A program made the position numbers and the translations under genes. Under the pieces are notes generated by a model. It saw only the letters and a list, made by a program, of their open reading frames with translations. It did no database searches and was not told the DNA's origin. DNA of 64,000 nucleotides from Nitrospirales bacterium (GTDB taxonomy: Bacteria > Nitrospirota > Nitrospiria > Nitrospirales > UBA8639). The stretch's first letter is position 1; every line of letters begins with the position of its first letter. Where the stretch lies: assembly GCA_965203295.1 (NCBI GenBank), contig CBDBCZ010000018.1, forward strand, positions 352,001 to 416,000, in the 5' to 3' direction. Shown one piece after another: positions 35,801 to 47,686 of this stretch.

Positions 35801-37090
35801 AGAAGTTGCTGTAAATAGATGATTACTATAGAAGTAAGCTTCGTGCAAGTCAGCTGATGTTTGTAATTTTGAGGCATATGAGGAATGGTCCTTAATTCTC
35901 ACTGGTTGTGAAGTTTTGAACTTTACTTCGAAATGTTTCATTTCATGCTTTCATGTTTTGTATGTGTACAGTGTGGAAGGCAGAAAGTCTGTTTCTGGTT
36001 TTGAATTGCACTTTTCCACTGCTAGGTGCAAAAAAGGGGGACTTTTCTTTAAAATCCAGACTTAATTGACACCACCCTGAAGTGCAATAATGTTCCTAAC
36101 TCTTTTTGTTGAAATTGGAGTGCATGCATATATTTCACTATGTGGAGTAATCAAATATTTTCATTGAAGTGATGGTTGTTCCAGACATTGGGATATAGTG
36201 GTTGGGGTGGGGAGTGTGCGCTGGGAAGGCTATTTCTCGAGCCTCCACCACACTCGACCCACCCCCAAAACTACAAAAAAAGAGAAAAGAATATGAGCAA
36301 ATATGAGCAATTGGCCATGGGTGATCCAGGTGCTGATATATAAGGTGCATGGGATATAGTGGTGGGGGTGGGGAGTGTGGGCCGGGAAGGCTATTTCTCG
36401 AGTCTGCACCACACTCGACCCACCCCCAAAACAACAAAAAAAGAGAAAATATGAGCAAATATGAGTAATTGGCCATGGGTGATCCAGGTGCTGATACAAA
36501 AGGTGGGATAATAGTGGTGGGGGTGGGGAGTGTGGGCCGGGAAGGCTATTTCTCGAGCCTCCACCACACTCGACCCACCCCCAAAACTACCAAAAAAAAA
36601 CAAAAAAAAACAAAAGGATTGTCCAATCAAAAGGTCCGTGGAGTGCTGAGGTGCATAAAAGGAGCGGTTGTTTTTACTGTTGTGGTATACATACCGGTTT
36701 AGTCATGACTTGCAGGACGGCATGTTCCACAAATATTTGTGGCACCTGTAACGAGAAGGTATAATATATTATAGTGAATGTCTACTTGCACAAAATGGCT
36801 AACACTAGGAACAAAAAAAGTGAATTCTATATATGAATTCGAATCTGGGGGAAGCCCAGTCCAGTATGTTCAGTAGGCATATTGTATGTGAAGTATGGTG
36901 CCATGCCACTTAAAAACTCCGTTGTACATGTGCTCATGCATGCAGATCAAGAAAAATTGTACATATATATATATATATATATGTAGTGAAGCGACATTTT
37001 CATAAGATTAAAGTTTGTCGAGTTGGCAGCTTCTATATATAGCCTACACCAGAGACATGCAAAGAAATAGCTGAGTACTTTGTGGCATTA

Positions 37091-37771
37091 CTACACTCTA
37101 CTTACGAGGTCGCGATCGTCTGGCTGTTGTCCACTTCCCCACCTGCCAAACCTGCGCCTCGGCCTTGGCCCTGCCAGCCAGCAGCCTTGGCTGGCGGCGC
37201 CTACGCCTGAGTCTGCAGGGAAAAGTAGAGTAGTGTAAGTCACCGAATGTCGACCACGTTGTGAACTTTCTGTCAAGGGTTCTATCTCAGCACTCAACAT
37301 TTCAAACCAAGTATCGATCACAAGATCTTGGATGGGATCAAAGCCATACAAGTCGTACAGCCGATAGAACACGGATTCTCCATTAACCCCACACTCTAGA
37401 GAGATAACGCTCTGCTGCTTTCTTGTTGGAGCATTATCCACTACTCTCCCATCAGCTCTGTTATTTTTGGCTGTCTTGGGTTCAGCTGGGTGGTAAAATC
37501 GTCTGTGAAAATCACCATAATAATAATGTTTCCGGCTTGCTATGTAAGTTCCTTCAACTCCACAACGCCTGCAGCCATACTTACCTCCAGCCTTTGTCAA
37601 CCCGAGTTCTGCATGTGCCTTCGAGTCAGCAGCTGCTAACAGCACCAAAGCTCGTAGAGTTGGGAAGTCATCCGGAGGAGAAAAATCCAGGACTTCTCTT
37701 AAAAAACACTTCCTTGGGAGTAGGCGAAAATTACTCTTGCTTGCATGAAGTTTAGGGTAGGGTATTTTCAA
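37091..37771 (-). pseudogene. EnSpm/CACTA-like transposase family 2, internally deleted copy
   Basis: LLAAADSKAHAELGLTKAGGKYGCRRC...FDPIQDLVID is joined at ~37311 to sequence homologous to ~23460, i.e. a ~1.2-kb deletion. Confidence 0.65.
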
Positions 37772-37937
37772 TTTTCTTTACAGGTGATCCGATTTTTGGA
37801 GAAGTGCAGCACAGACAGAAATTGCCAGAGGGTCAAATTGTAGGCAAAAGCAGATGGCCTGGGGGCATCGATGTGTGTTTCATACTAGGGGATCTGGGGG
37901 CATGCCCTGCAGCCAAGTCGCCTTACCTTACACTCTT

Positions 37938-38155
37938 GACACTCGGAAGAGGCAGCGAGAGGCGGCAGTCTGAACACTCGGGAAGAGGCAGCGAGAGGCG
38001 GCAGCACACTTGAACACTCGGGAAGAGGCAGCGAGAGGCGGCAGCACACTTGAACACTCGGGTGTGAGAGGCTGCAGCACACTTGAACACTCGGGAAGAG
38101 GCAGTGAGAGGCGGCAGCACACTTGAACACTCGGGTGCGAGAGGCGGCAGTCTGA
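37938..38155. repeat. 30-39 bp minisatellite
   Basis: acactcgggaagaggcagcgagaggcggcagcacacttga units. Confidence 0.85.
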
Positions 38156-38184
38156 CCTTGTGCTCAACTATATATGCCTCGTCC

Positions 38185-38619
38185 TAGTATCGTGCCCAGA
38201 CACCCACGCCCTCCCGGAAAGACGCCTGGTAGCTCAATTGAATTTTGTCACAGAGGCGTGTCGTGTGAGCGTTTAATAATGATTGAAAGGCGTTTAATTA
38301 CATGCCAAAAATGCCATATAAGCATCAACAGGCAATAAGAGCGTGTCTAGCTACTGTGGTAGTAAGTGTTTGGTTTTACTTGCCGCTCTGGTTTCTGATG
38401 GAGTGGTACAGACTGCTGTAAAACCAAGTTGGAGAGGACCGGAAAGTTGCTAGCAGTCGTGCAGTGATATACATATGCTCGGTGACATTATACATGTTTA
38501 ATAACGTTTTCCACCATTTAATTCGTTCAGATCACTAAGGTATTAGAAACAAGATATTCAAATCAAACTGCAAGACCGTTAAAGCGAGAGGGAGGAGCAA
38601 CGGTCTGGGCATGAGACTA
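38185..38619. mobile_element. Academ-type MITE (TAG..CTA termini, 9-bp TSD)
   Basis: TIRs tagtatcgtgcccagac / gtctgggcatgagacta. Direct repeat gcctcgtcc at 38176-38184 and 38620-38628. Related single ends at ~7145, ~16205 and ~51590. Confidence 0.8.
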
Positions 38620-40182
38620 GCCTCGTCCCTAACTGGTAACACCAGCTTGCGCATGCACAATTCGTTTTCTCATTCCACACTCGAATTATTAGGGTCTCCC
38701 GAGGTTCAAGCAGTTTTGAAGGTGTCGAACCACCACGAACTCATGTGAAACTCATGTGAAACTATCCTGTAGGGTTTGCTCCCTCAGTCCGGACAGCAAT
38801 GGTTTCAGTGGGTTCGGTGGAGACGAACCTCCCTGAACTTATTCGAGTCAGGGTGGTTCGTCTCTGCTGAACCCACTTGAACCACTGCTGGCTAATAGAG
38901 ATCACGCCAGTTCAGGGTGGTTCATCTCTGCCAAACGTATTCAAAACACTACTGTCCATTAGAAATCATGCCTGCAGGACAGTTTGACTCATGTTCAGGG
39001 TCAAGTGGCTACTTCAGACACAACTTATTTCAAGAACAGATGGTTTGCACTAACTGCAAGCATACCCATGTGACTTTAGCACATGAAACTAATTATGGTT
39101 AAAAAAAATCCTGTGTGAGTGGGGATGAGAAGCTAGTGATTTATTTTATGTGGCCTTATACACACTTGGGAGTAGGCCTGAGGAAACTATGTTTAGTATG
39201 AATACCATTAAGCATATTCTGAGAATAATCAGAACCGAGAACAGTGTCAGTGAGTGAAAATCCATGAAGTGTCAGAAGCTTCCTGGAGGGTCACAAACCA
39301 TCTTTGCAATCACACTTTGAGTATAATAGAATTGGAGGGTCAGGAATAACTGAAGAGCATAGAAGAAGTTTTGAGCATAATATCCTCAGGCCTACTTTGG
39401 ACTCGTTGGGAATGTATTAACTCAGAGGAAGTTGGGTATGCCTAATATTTCCTGAAGTCATACTATTGAAGGTATGGCATTGCTCAGATTCTAACTATTT
39501 TCTGCCAGAATTACATCATCACATGGTATGGCACATGTGATGCCTTCCAACCTCCTCTGTCCCATACCCAACAAGGTAATACAATCAAACTCCTCATATA
39601 GTGTATTGAAAATCAGGGGCAATGTTAATTGGAAGTGAAATCAACCAGAAAAATAACCAGTACATACTGTGGATTTGTAAAGAACTAAAGCAGTAAACCA
39701 AAATTTACAGTATGTTTCGTCCCTATTGGCCAATTTGGCGGGATGGGACTCATCAGCTGGCCTCCCATTAGCCTCAGTACCAGGCTCACTCCTCTAAACC
39801 AAGAGACTTCGGCTACATCATAATATTATTTCAATGACTGGCTGACAACACAGCTATCGAAAGGGCAAGTTGGTTGTCCACAGGAGAAGGCAAATAGGCA
39901 GTGGATCTAAGTACGTAATTAGGATAGGCTGTCAGAATCAAAGGCTAACAGTTTCATTTCTACAATCAACTTCCATTTTCCTACTGCACTGGACAACCAA
40001 CCAGCAAACCTTTGTACCAGCCAAGGGAACAAATAAGCAAGTGGCGTACTAGTGCCTACACATTCTGACTCTTGTGAACTGACAAAAGATTTTGTACCAT
40101 GGCAGCCATACAATCGACAGCCAGACTGAGCCAGTACATACACTGTATACAGATTACTAAGTTGATACTTGTAGCCAGGGGG

Positions 40183-40256
40183 GCTCCAGTAGCTCAATTG
40201 GTAAGAGCATCTGACTAGTATTCAGAAGGTCCTGGGTTCAATCCCCAGCTGGGTCC
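40183..40256 (+). tRNA. tRNA-Thr(AGT)-like sequence, probably a SINE head or pseudogene
   Basis: Cloverleaf: acceptor gctccag/ctgggtc (one mismatch), D arm gctc/gagc, anticodon arm tctga-ctAGTat-tcaga, T arm ctggg-ttcaatc-cccag. Followed by a T-run. Confidence 0.65.
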
Positions 40257-40656
40257 CGATTTTTCGGGATTTCTTTACTCTCTCAGAAAGCTTATCATCC
40301 TTGAAGAGTTCACAATGCAAAACATTTCCAAAAAGTACTTTAAGATCAGCAGAGTACAAGGTTTCTAAAAAAAAAGGTATGCATCTGTAAAGGGTCTTCC
40401 TACCTTAAATATCTCTTCTCCTAGCGCATATGCAATGGCATTACATGAGTTGCTACGGCAACTAGTCTTCTGAAAGCTAAAACAACACTAGCTACAAAGC
40501 CAACTTGATATCTGGAATTTTGAAGAAATTTCAAAACTTGAAAAACTGAAGTGCGCATATCAGTCATCTTCGTCCATGTTGCTAAATTAAAATTGCGTGT
40601 ATTCGGCAAGACGCGTCGACGCAAGAACCACCATAATAATATGACAGACAAACAGG

Positions 40657-41658
40657 AAAAAAAGCACTTTCCAAAAGTGCAAAAACCAGTCATGTAGGGA
40701 TGCACTTCCAGCAAAAAACACTTCCCCAAAAACCAACGTAACAAGTGACAATGCACACCGGAAGGCGTGCACAGACTAGCCACACATCACAGCGCAATGC
40801 ATTTACCGTGTACCTACCATCCCTAAATCTTTCCAACCACACCCCTCCAATGATGCCTATGTGAGATGGGAATAGTGGTAGTGAGTGTGTTGGCGCATGG
40901 TAGGTGAAAGTGTTGATTGTGTAGATATTGGACAAGTGAGCACACCCATCGCAATGACGTCTATGTGAGATGGGAATAGTGGTAGTGTCTGTGTGCAATG
41001 AGTGAGTGTGTTGGCGCATGGTAGGTGAAAGTGTACATTGATTGTGTAGATGTTGGACAAGTGGTTGAGTGTTGTGTGTGTGGATGTTCTTTTTAGGGGA
41101 GGTTGATGTGGGTGCAAGTGTTTGGTAAAGTGTAGCTAGATTGGGAGTTGTGGAGTTAAATGTGGTGTGTTCGTGTTGGTGTGAAGGTTTGTTGCGCTGA
41201 TATTCATTGGGAGTCTTGCGTGTTGCGGAAATTACTCTGGTTGGTTAATGCTTGTGAGCGGGATTATAGATCAGAGTGGGTTTTGATGAGAGCAGTGTTG
41301 CTGTGGAGATTTGGGTTGGCTGTAGCGTGGGGTGTTGTGTTTTGTGAAGTATGTAAACGTAAATGTGGATGTGAGGGTGGTTGTTGTGGTATCACGGTTG
41401 AGGATGGTGATGATTGTGGATGGTGGTGGGTGTTGAAGGGTGTTGTGTATGGCTGTGTGGTATACGGTTTGTGATGGGTGTGGTTGGAAAGATGTAGGGA
41501 TGGTAGGTACGCGGTAAATGCATTGCGCTGTGATGTGTGGGTAGTCTGTGCACGCCTTCCGGTGTGCATTGTCATTTGTTACGTTGGTTTTTGAGGAAGT
41601 GTTTTTTGCTGGAAGTGCATCCCTACAGGTTTTTGCAGTTTTTGGAATGTGCTTTTTC
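40657..41658. repeat. ~185-bp imperfect inverted repeat pair (40657-40845 / 41476-41658)
   Basis: gatgcacttccagcaaaaaacacttcc...tctttccaaccacaccc is the reverse complement of gggtgtggttggaaaga...ggaagtgttttttgctggaagtgcatc. Confidence 0.8.
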
Positions 41659-42134
41659 TGTAACTTGTTTTGGGGCGTTTTTTGGGGAGATGGCATGAAA
41701 GGGTTTGGAGTGTTATGGAGTGTTGATGTATTATGAGTGGGGTTGGCCGGTAAATATCTGAGTTTGGATTGTTTTATGTTTGTGTACAAGGATGTACATG
41801 TGTGGTGTTTTATTGCGTATAAAGAAGTGTTGTGAAGTATAGTGTTGCAGATGTATGGAAGTATGTGAACGTGTTATGAGTAGAATGATACTGGGTGTTG
41901 TTGAGGTCATCAGTATAAAGTGCAGTTGTGTTGGGTGAATTGGGTGAGAAGCGTCCTCAAATGCCTGCTTGAGGTGAACTATGGCAGCTACTTCTGTTCA
42001 GTGACTGTGTTGCACTCACTACTATAGTGCCATTTCACAGGCTGCTTGCTGGCCCTTACTGCCTTCATATTCAGAGCTGCTGATTTCATTGGCAACTACA
42101 CATCTGCCATTTGTCATCAATGGGAAGTGCAGGT

Positions 42135-42881
42135 CAGGCCGGAGGGCTAGAACATGGTACCGTTGCCTGGGGACATGTAAGATGAACAACCAGGCCGTAG
42201 GGCTAGAACATGGTACCGTTGCCTGGGGACATGTAAGATGAACAACCAGGCTGGAGGGCTAGAACATGGTACCGTTGCCTGGGGACATGTAAGATGAACA
42301 ACCAGGCCGGAGGGCTAGAACATGGTACCGTTGCCTGGGGACATGTAAGATGAACAACCAGGCCGGAGGGCTAGAACATGGTACCGTTGCCTGGGGACAT
42401 GTAAGATGAACAACCAGGCCGGAGGGCTAGAACATGGTACCGTCACCTGGAGACATGTAAGATGAACAACCAGGCCGGAGGGCTAGAACATGGTACCGTT
42501 GCCTGGGGACATGTAAGATGAACAACCAGGCCGGAGGGCTAGAACATGGTACCGTTGCCTGGGGACATGTAAGATGAACAACCAGGCCGGAGGGCTAGAA
42601 CATGGTACCGTTGCCTGGAGACATGTAAGATGAACAACCAGGCCGGAGGGCTAGAACATGGTACCGTTGCCTGGGGACATGTAAGATGAACAACCAGGCC
42701 GGAGGGCTAGAACATGGTACCGTCACCTGGAGACATGTAAGATGAACAACCAGGCCGGAGGGCTAGAACATGGTACCGTTGCCTGGGGACATGTAAGATG
42801 AACAACCAGGCCAGAGGGCTAGAACATGGTACCGTTGCCTGGGGACATGTAAGATGAACAACCAGGCCGGAGGGCTAGAAC
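42135..42881. repeat. 56-bp minisatellite, 13 full units plus a partial unit
   Basis: caggccggagggctagaacatggtaccgttgcctggggacatgtaagatgaacaac, with starts at 42135, 42191, 42247 ... 42863. Confidence 0.95.
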
Positions 42882-42925
42882 CCAGATGCAGGTACATCAG
42901 CTACATCGAACAGTCTTAGCCAATA

Positions 42926-43421
42926 CTACTGACTGGGGATCACACAATCGTAATGGTCACCAGAACGGTTGTGATACAGGAATATCTTGAAACCACACCT
43001 GGGCAAACAGGTGGGTTTGAAAAACACTGGCAGAAAATGTTCCCAACCACGACGACCCTTACTGATCCCACTAAAGGTGAAAATCACCAGTGTCAGAAAG
43101 GATCTTCTTGGATCGATCCCCTCTGGTTCTGGTGGGCGTACATGGCCCCTCATCCTCAAGCAGTTCTGGACCATATGTATGCAAAAGCTTTTGCTTTTTA
43201 CCCTAGGCCTTCCTTTGGTGCTGCTCTTCTTCCTTGTGCTTGGCTTTAGACTGGCTTCTCTTCCTCTTTGCCTCTTTGGTTTGCCGGTATTTCAGTGTAT
43301 TGGCTCTCTTGCAATTATACAGCTTTAGAGCCTCTGCCATGCCAGCTAGTATCGGCAGTCCCATTCGTTCAAACAAAATAAGGTCCCGGGCATCACCATC
43401 ATTGAGGAGGCGACACCGCAA
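42926..43421 (-). pseudogene. Internally deleted, diverged relic of the adjacent transposase-OTU gene
   Basis: FERMGLPILAG parallels LQRMGLPILDC, and CGFKIFLYHNRSGDHYDCVIPSQ* parallels CGFSIFLYHNRSEDHYDCVIPSE*. Confidence 0.7.
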
Positions 43422-43435
43422 CCAATCACTAATCT

Positions 43436-44752
43436 CTACTCGCTGGGGATTACACAGTCATAATGGTCCTCAGACCGATTGTGATATAAAAAAATGCTGA
43501 AACCACACTCGGGCATACAAAAGGGGTTTGAAAACAATGGCTTAACTCGTCCCCAGCCACGGACACCACCAGTAACGCGAGAAAAAACAAATATGCTAAT
43601 TTGGAACATAGTGGCCATGACTATTAGTTCATTAGCTGTCCCCCACCTACTGTTGCTAGCAATGTGTTTGCTTTCTACGTACTTTCTCACAGCAGCTACA
43701 GCACCCTTTTGAATCTCTTCAATATCAGAACCACCAGCATTATACTTTGCTTGCAGCCAGTTTGCTATGGCTGGGGCATGCTCTCTGTTAAGCATAAACT
43801 TAATCATAGCCAGGCGCAGTGCCATATGATTGTCCTGACTGCCGGTGTCATGTTTCGAGATGGCCCTGTACATACAGTTTCCATCTGGCATAATGCTGTC
43901 ACGAGTGTGGGGGGCTATTTCCTGGCATTCAATTGGCCTAATGGATTCGACCATTCGCACAACAGGAGTATCAGTCAAACTACCCAGGAAAGTGATGGCA
44001 TCATCCTTCCAACTACTAGTAGGTGTGCCACTTATAACATATTGTATTGGGCCCTCACAATCTGTTATGCCCTCCCCTTCTGAGACAAGGCCATCAGAGG
44101 CATCCGGCCTGTCTGACGACAACCCACGAGAGCTACCACTGGGCTCTGCCTCTGAGCTAGGAGTAGGTTCGGTGGTCTTAGAGGGCAAGGCATGAGATGG
44201 AGCTCCTCTATTTCTAGGATTCAAGGGGCATTCACGGGCATGTGCACGCCCATCACATGTACAGAGTTGAGTAAACCACCGTATGTCACTGTCTTCATCG
44301 GAAGACAAGACAAATACATCCACATCTAAATCTATACCTCCCTCATCCTCACTGTACATGCTCTCATCGTCAGAAGATTGACACTCCCTGTTCCCGCTGG
44401 CAGAAGCAATGGGTAGTTTACCACCTGCAACACCAGCCTTGTCGCAGGACTGCCCATCTGCATGTTTACTGCCCCTCGTACTGTTCCTGCTTGTAGAAGG
44501 AATAGGCAGTTTACTACCCACACCACCAGCCTTTTTCTTATTGGCCTTGTTATAGGGACAGTACCTGTGGTTTGTACGGCGATGAGTGATAGACCCACAC
44601 CTGCATCGTTTTACTACACCCTTAGAATGAGCTCTCACACACTTTTGAGTGGGTCTTGTGGGAGTAGACACCAGGTCCCCAGTCATCTTTAGAGGAGGCT
44701 CAGCAATGGATTCTACATCTAGGTATGTAGAATCTTTTGTGATTTTCCCCAC
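43436..44752 (-). CDS. Zinc-knuckle + OTU-family cysteine protease domain (likely the C-terminus of the transposase)
   Basis: CRCGSITH..HRYCP and CTC..HARECP knuckles. OTU motifs PDGNCMYRAIS, WGTANELIVMATMF and HNRSEDHYDCV. Confidence 0.8.
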   Translation of the reverse strand: MGKITKDSTYLDVESIAEPPLKMTGDLVSTPTRPTQKCVRAHSKGVVKRCRCGSITHRRTNHRYCPYNKANKKKAGGVGSKLPIPSTSRNSTRGSKHADGQSCDKAGVAGGKLPIASASGNRECQSSDDESMYSEDEGGIDLDVDVFVLSSDEDSDIRWFTQLCTCDGRAHARECPLNPRNRGAPSHALPSKTTEPTPSSEAEPSGSSRGLSSDRPDASDGLVSEGEGITDCEGPIQYVISGTPTSSWKDDAITFLGSLTDTPVVRMVESIRPIECQEIAPHTRDSIMPDGNCMYRAISKHDTGSQDNHMALRLAMIKFMLNREHAPAIANWLQAKYNAGGSDIEEIQKGAVAAVRKYVESKHIASNSRWGTANELIVMATMFQISIFVFSRVTGGVRGWGRVKPLFSNPFCMPECGFSIFLYHNRSEDHYDCVIPSE

Positions 44753-47140
44753 TTCTTACGGGCTTCTTGTTGCGACCCCCTGTGTTGAGATTTCCACTGG
44801 CTTCTACTTTTCTTAGGTGCTTCAGTTTTTTGCTGGTTAAGCTTTTTAGATCTAGCTACATTGGCCTGCTTGAGTACTGCTTCCACACAGTCAAGTATGG
44901 GCAGACCCATTCGCTGAAGTAACTCATGAAGCCAGTGGTACTTCATGCCATGAACACTGTTCATGTAGGTCATGTTGCTTTGCAACAGACCCAGATTAGT
45001 GGACACCTGGTAATGAAAGCGATTGAGGTGCAAAGACTTTGATCGAAAACGGATCAAACAATTGTGAGAGGCTTCACTTTGATTTGTATGGCCTCTACCA
45101 AGCACAGGATGAATGACATCCTCCGCTTGGTCAGCCCTTCTATCACATTCTATCTGGTAGGCCAGGCTGTGAAAGGGACAGCTCAAAACATTTCTTGTTT
45201 TGTATGCTTTCCCTTCACACTTTATATTATCTTCATCACACTTCCCACATGAACACAACCTGAGGGGGTGGAAGTCACACTGCTGGCCGTCTTGCCATTC
45301 ATGGTCGTCCCTGGCATGATGGTGCAGTGCCGTCATACGGCTAACAAACTTCTTGGGCTCTGTCCCTGCACCAACTAAGGCCCCAAAGAAGCGGCTTCGG
45401 GCTACAGTTATGAATTTATCAGATATGCAGCCACACCCAGAACTATGGTGCTTTGGACAGTGACACTCAGCATTGTTCACTTCAGGATACTTCTTCTTAA
45501 GGGCTGTTTGTTCGGTAGCTGTAAAGCTTTTTTCACCTTTATACTTTTCAGCATTTTTTGGTGAGCACGTGGTACATGTCCACCGCAAAGCATCAGCTTT
45601 ACATCAGGATAATGTGCTTTAACAGACAAGGCAGAGGATGAGTCTGCATCCTGCCAATGGATGCTAATAACCATCCCCTCCTCCTTGGCTTTGCCAAACA
45701 CAACAGAAGCTGCATGCCCCTCAGCAAACTTTGATGTGCCTTCATATAACTCCCCTTCACAGAGGTCATCTTTGCCTCGCTGGCAGAGATGAATGTAGTA
45801 CAGCAGAGCACCACTTACGTAACATCGTATCTGAAAGGTGAAATTTTGACTATGATGCCCCCTGGTCATCCAGGCACCGTCAGCAATTGTGACAGCATTC
45901 TGGAAGCTGCTAAGTTCGCTATTTGGTTTAGCTTTCATTGCTTCTTTCATTGCTTCTTTCGCTAGTTCACACTGCTCGTCTACCATGCTCTTTACGTGAG
46001 GATACATGCACTTTAAAGTACTGTAGAATTGCTGTTGAGAGACAGCATACATACCGCAAGCATGTGCCAATACCTTCTGGTACTGCGCATGGGTGCTGTG
46101 ACAGCATTCTGGAAGCTGCTAAGTTCACTATTTGGTTTAGCTTTCATTGCTTCTTTCACTAGCTCACACTGCTCGTCTACCATGCTCTTTACGTGAGGAT
46201 ACATACACTTTAAAGTACTGTAGAATTGCTGTTGAGAGACAGCATACATACCGCAAGCATGTGCCAATACCTTCTGGTACTGTGCATGGGTGCAACCAGC
46301 AGCAATGAATGCTACTTGCAGTGCTAGACCAACTAAAGTTTGCTGAGTAGCTTCATGGACAGCAGAACTATTGAACTGTACACGTCGCACTGTACAACCA
46401 GTACAGTCATACTGCACTTCTACAGAACCCCCAAGGCCAGTTAAAATGATACTGACAGGCTTCAACTGGCCATTACAACCAGAAGTTGCACAAGTTGAGG
46501 TTGCATTTATCTGGTCAATAAAGGCTTGAAGCTGAGAAGTATGGCCTACATATTGACCATTACTTTTACAGGAAAATTCAGCTAAGCCTCTTCTATCAGG
46601 GGTTTCTGACAAAAACTCAGGATCGAGTTTGCGTTTCTTCTGTGGTGTTTCACTATCACTTTCATCCTCAAAAGAGAGTTCTGAGTCTGTTACTTGGACA
46701 TCCTCCCTTAGCTGAAGCTTACCATTAGTAGTTTCAACCCCCATACTCTCCCCTCCCACATTACTAATCCCCACACCACCCTCCCTAACCCCAATACCAC
46801 CCTCCCCTTCTCCCCCCACACCACTCTCTCCTATCCCCACACCTCCCTCCCCTTCTCCCTCCACACCACCTCCCCTATCCCCACACCTCCCTCCCCTTCT
46901 CCCCCCACACCACTCTCCCCTATCCCAACTCCTCCCTCCAATTCTCCCCCCGCACCACTCTCCCCTATCCCCACACCTCCCTCCCCTTCTCCGACCCTAC
47001 CCATCCCTCGGTGACTCACGGCATTGCGACTCCATCGGAGTCGTACCAGCTGCTGAAAGCGACCAGATTTTTTAGACGTGCACATCATGGCGTCTCTGAG
47101 AATAGTCTCGTGAGTGTCTTGTGCCCCGTTGCGCGCTCAT
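44719..47140 (-). pseudogene. Kolobok-type (Mutator-like PF20700-type) DDE transposase, frameshifted, with an internal duplication
   Basis: CATSGC..GLGG..CTGC, ADGAWMTRGHHSQN, YEGTSKFAEG, QDADSS, CGGH and GHTNQSEASH across ORFs 46013-46864, 45477-46070 and 44719-45588. There is a ~200-bp tandem duplication around 45890-46290 and an N-terminal GEGGVGIGE repeat. Confidence 0.75.
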
Positions 47141-47349
47141 TCCCAGACTATAGTCAAGTTCGTTCCAGTACCGGGTACCGGGTACCCAAGTCGCATTACA
47201 TCATTGGGGCAGGGTTATGCCTTCACGTGCTCTCTTTTGGGGGCGGATCTAGAAGGACACGCAGAGTTACCGAGGCCCATCGAATCAAGATGGAAGGAAG
47301 GTGTGTATTAATGCGCACTCCGTACTTAAATAATGGTAGATACATAATA

Positions 47350-47686
47350 GGTAGGTAATACTACGTATGCGTTTATCTTTTTGCCTATCTAAAGGGACAC
47401 AAAACTTGTTCCTGAAAATGCAAATTCAGTTTGCCATAGCACGTTAACTACGTATTTTCTGTGAAAATCCATACGTACGTTTGTAGTTGCGGTGGAAATG
47501 TACAACATATCGCAGATTTGATCATCATAGCTCGTCTGAATGTTTCGAAATTTTGCTTCAAAAATGGTCCACAATAAACATAGCGCTCTAAAACAATAAA
47601 ATGCAAATTTTTTTTTTTATTATCAGCAGAGTACAAGGTTTCCAAAAATATAAAAATATATATGCATCTGAACAGACTCTTCCTAC
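47350..47686. repeat. Kolobok-like terminal segment bounded by GGTAGG..CCTACC and TTAA
   Basis: ggtagg at 47350 and cctacc|ttaa at 47681-47690. Its last ~65 bp recur in direct orientation at ~40346-40408. Confidence 0.5.

Noticed and set aside
39868..39903. 35-bp motif shared with ~18117-18152
   Set aside because: The match is real but too short to assign. It is probably a fragment of another dispersed repeat.
40857..41789. H/T/P-rich and V/C/G-rich ORFs
   Set aside because: Compositional artefacts of the G/T-skewed tract.
42135..42881. CRISPR array or repeat-protein ORF
   Set aside because: There are no unique spacers, and a 56-bp unit is not a multiple of 3 and gives no long ORF.
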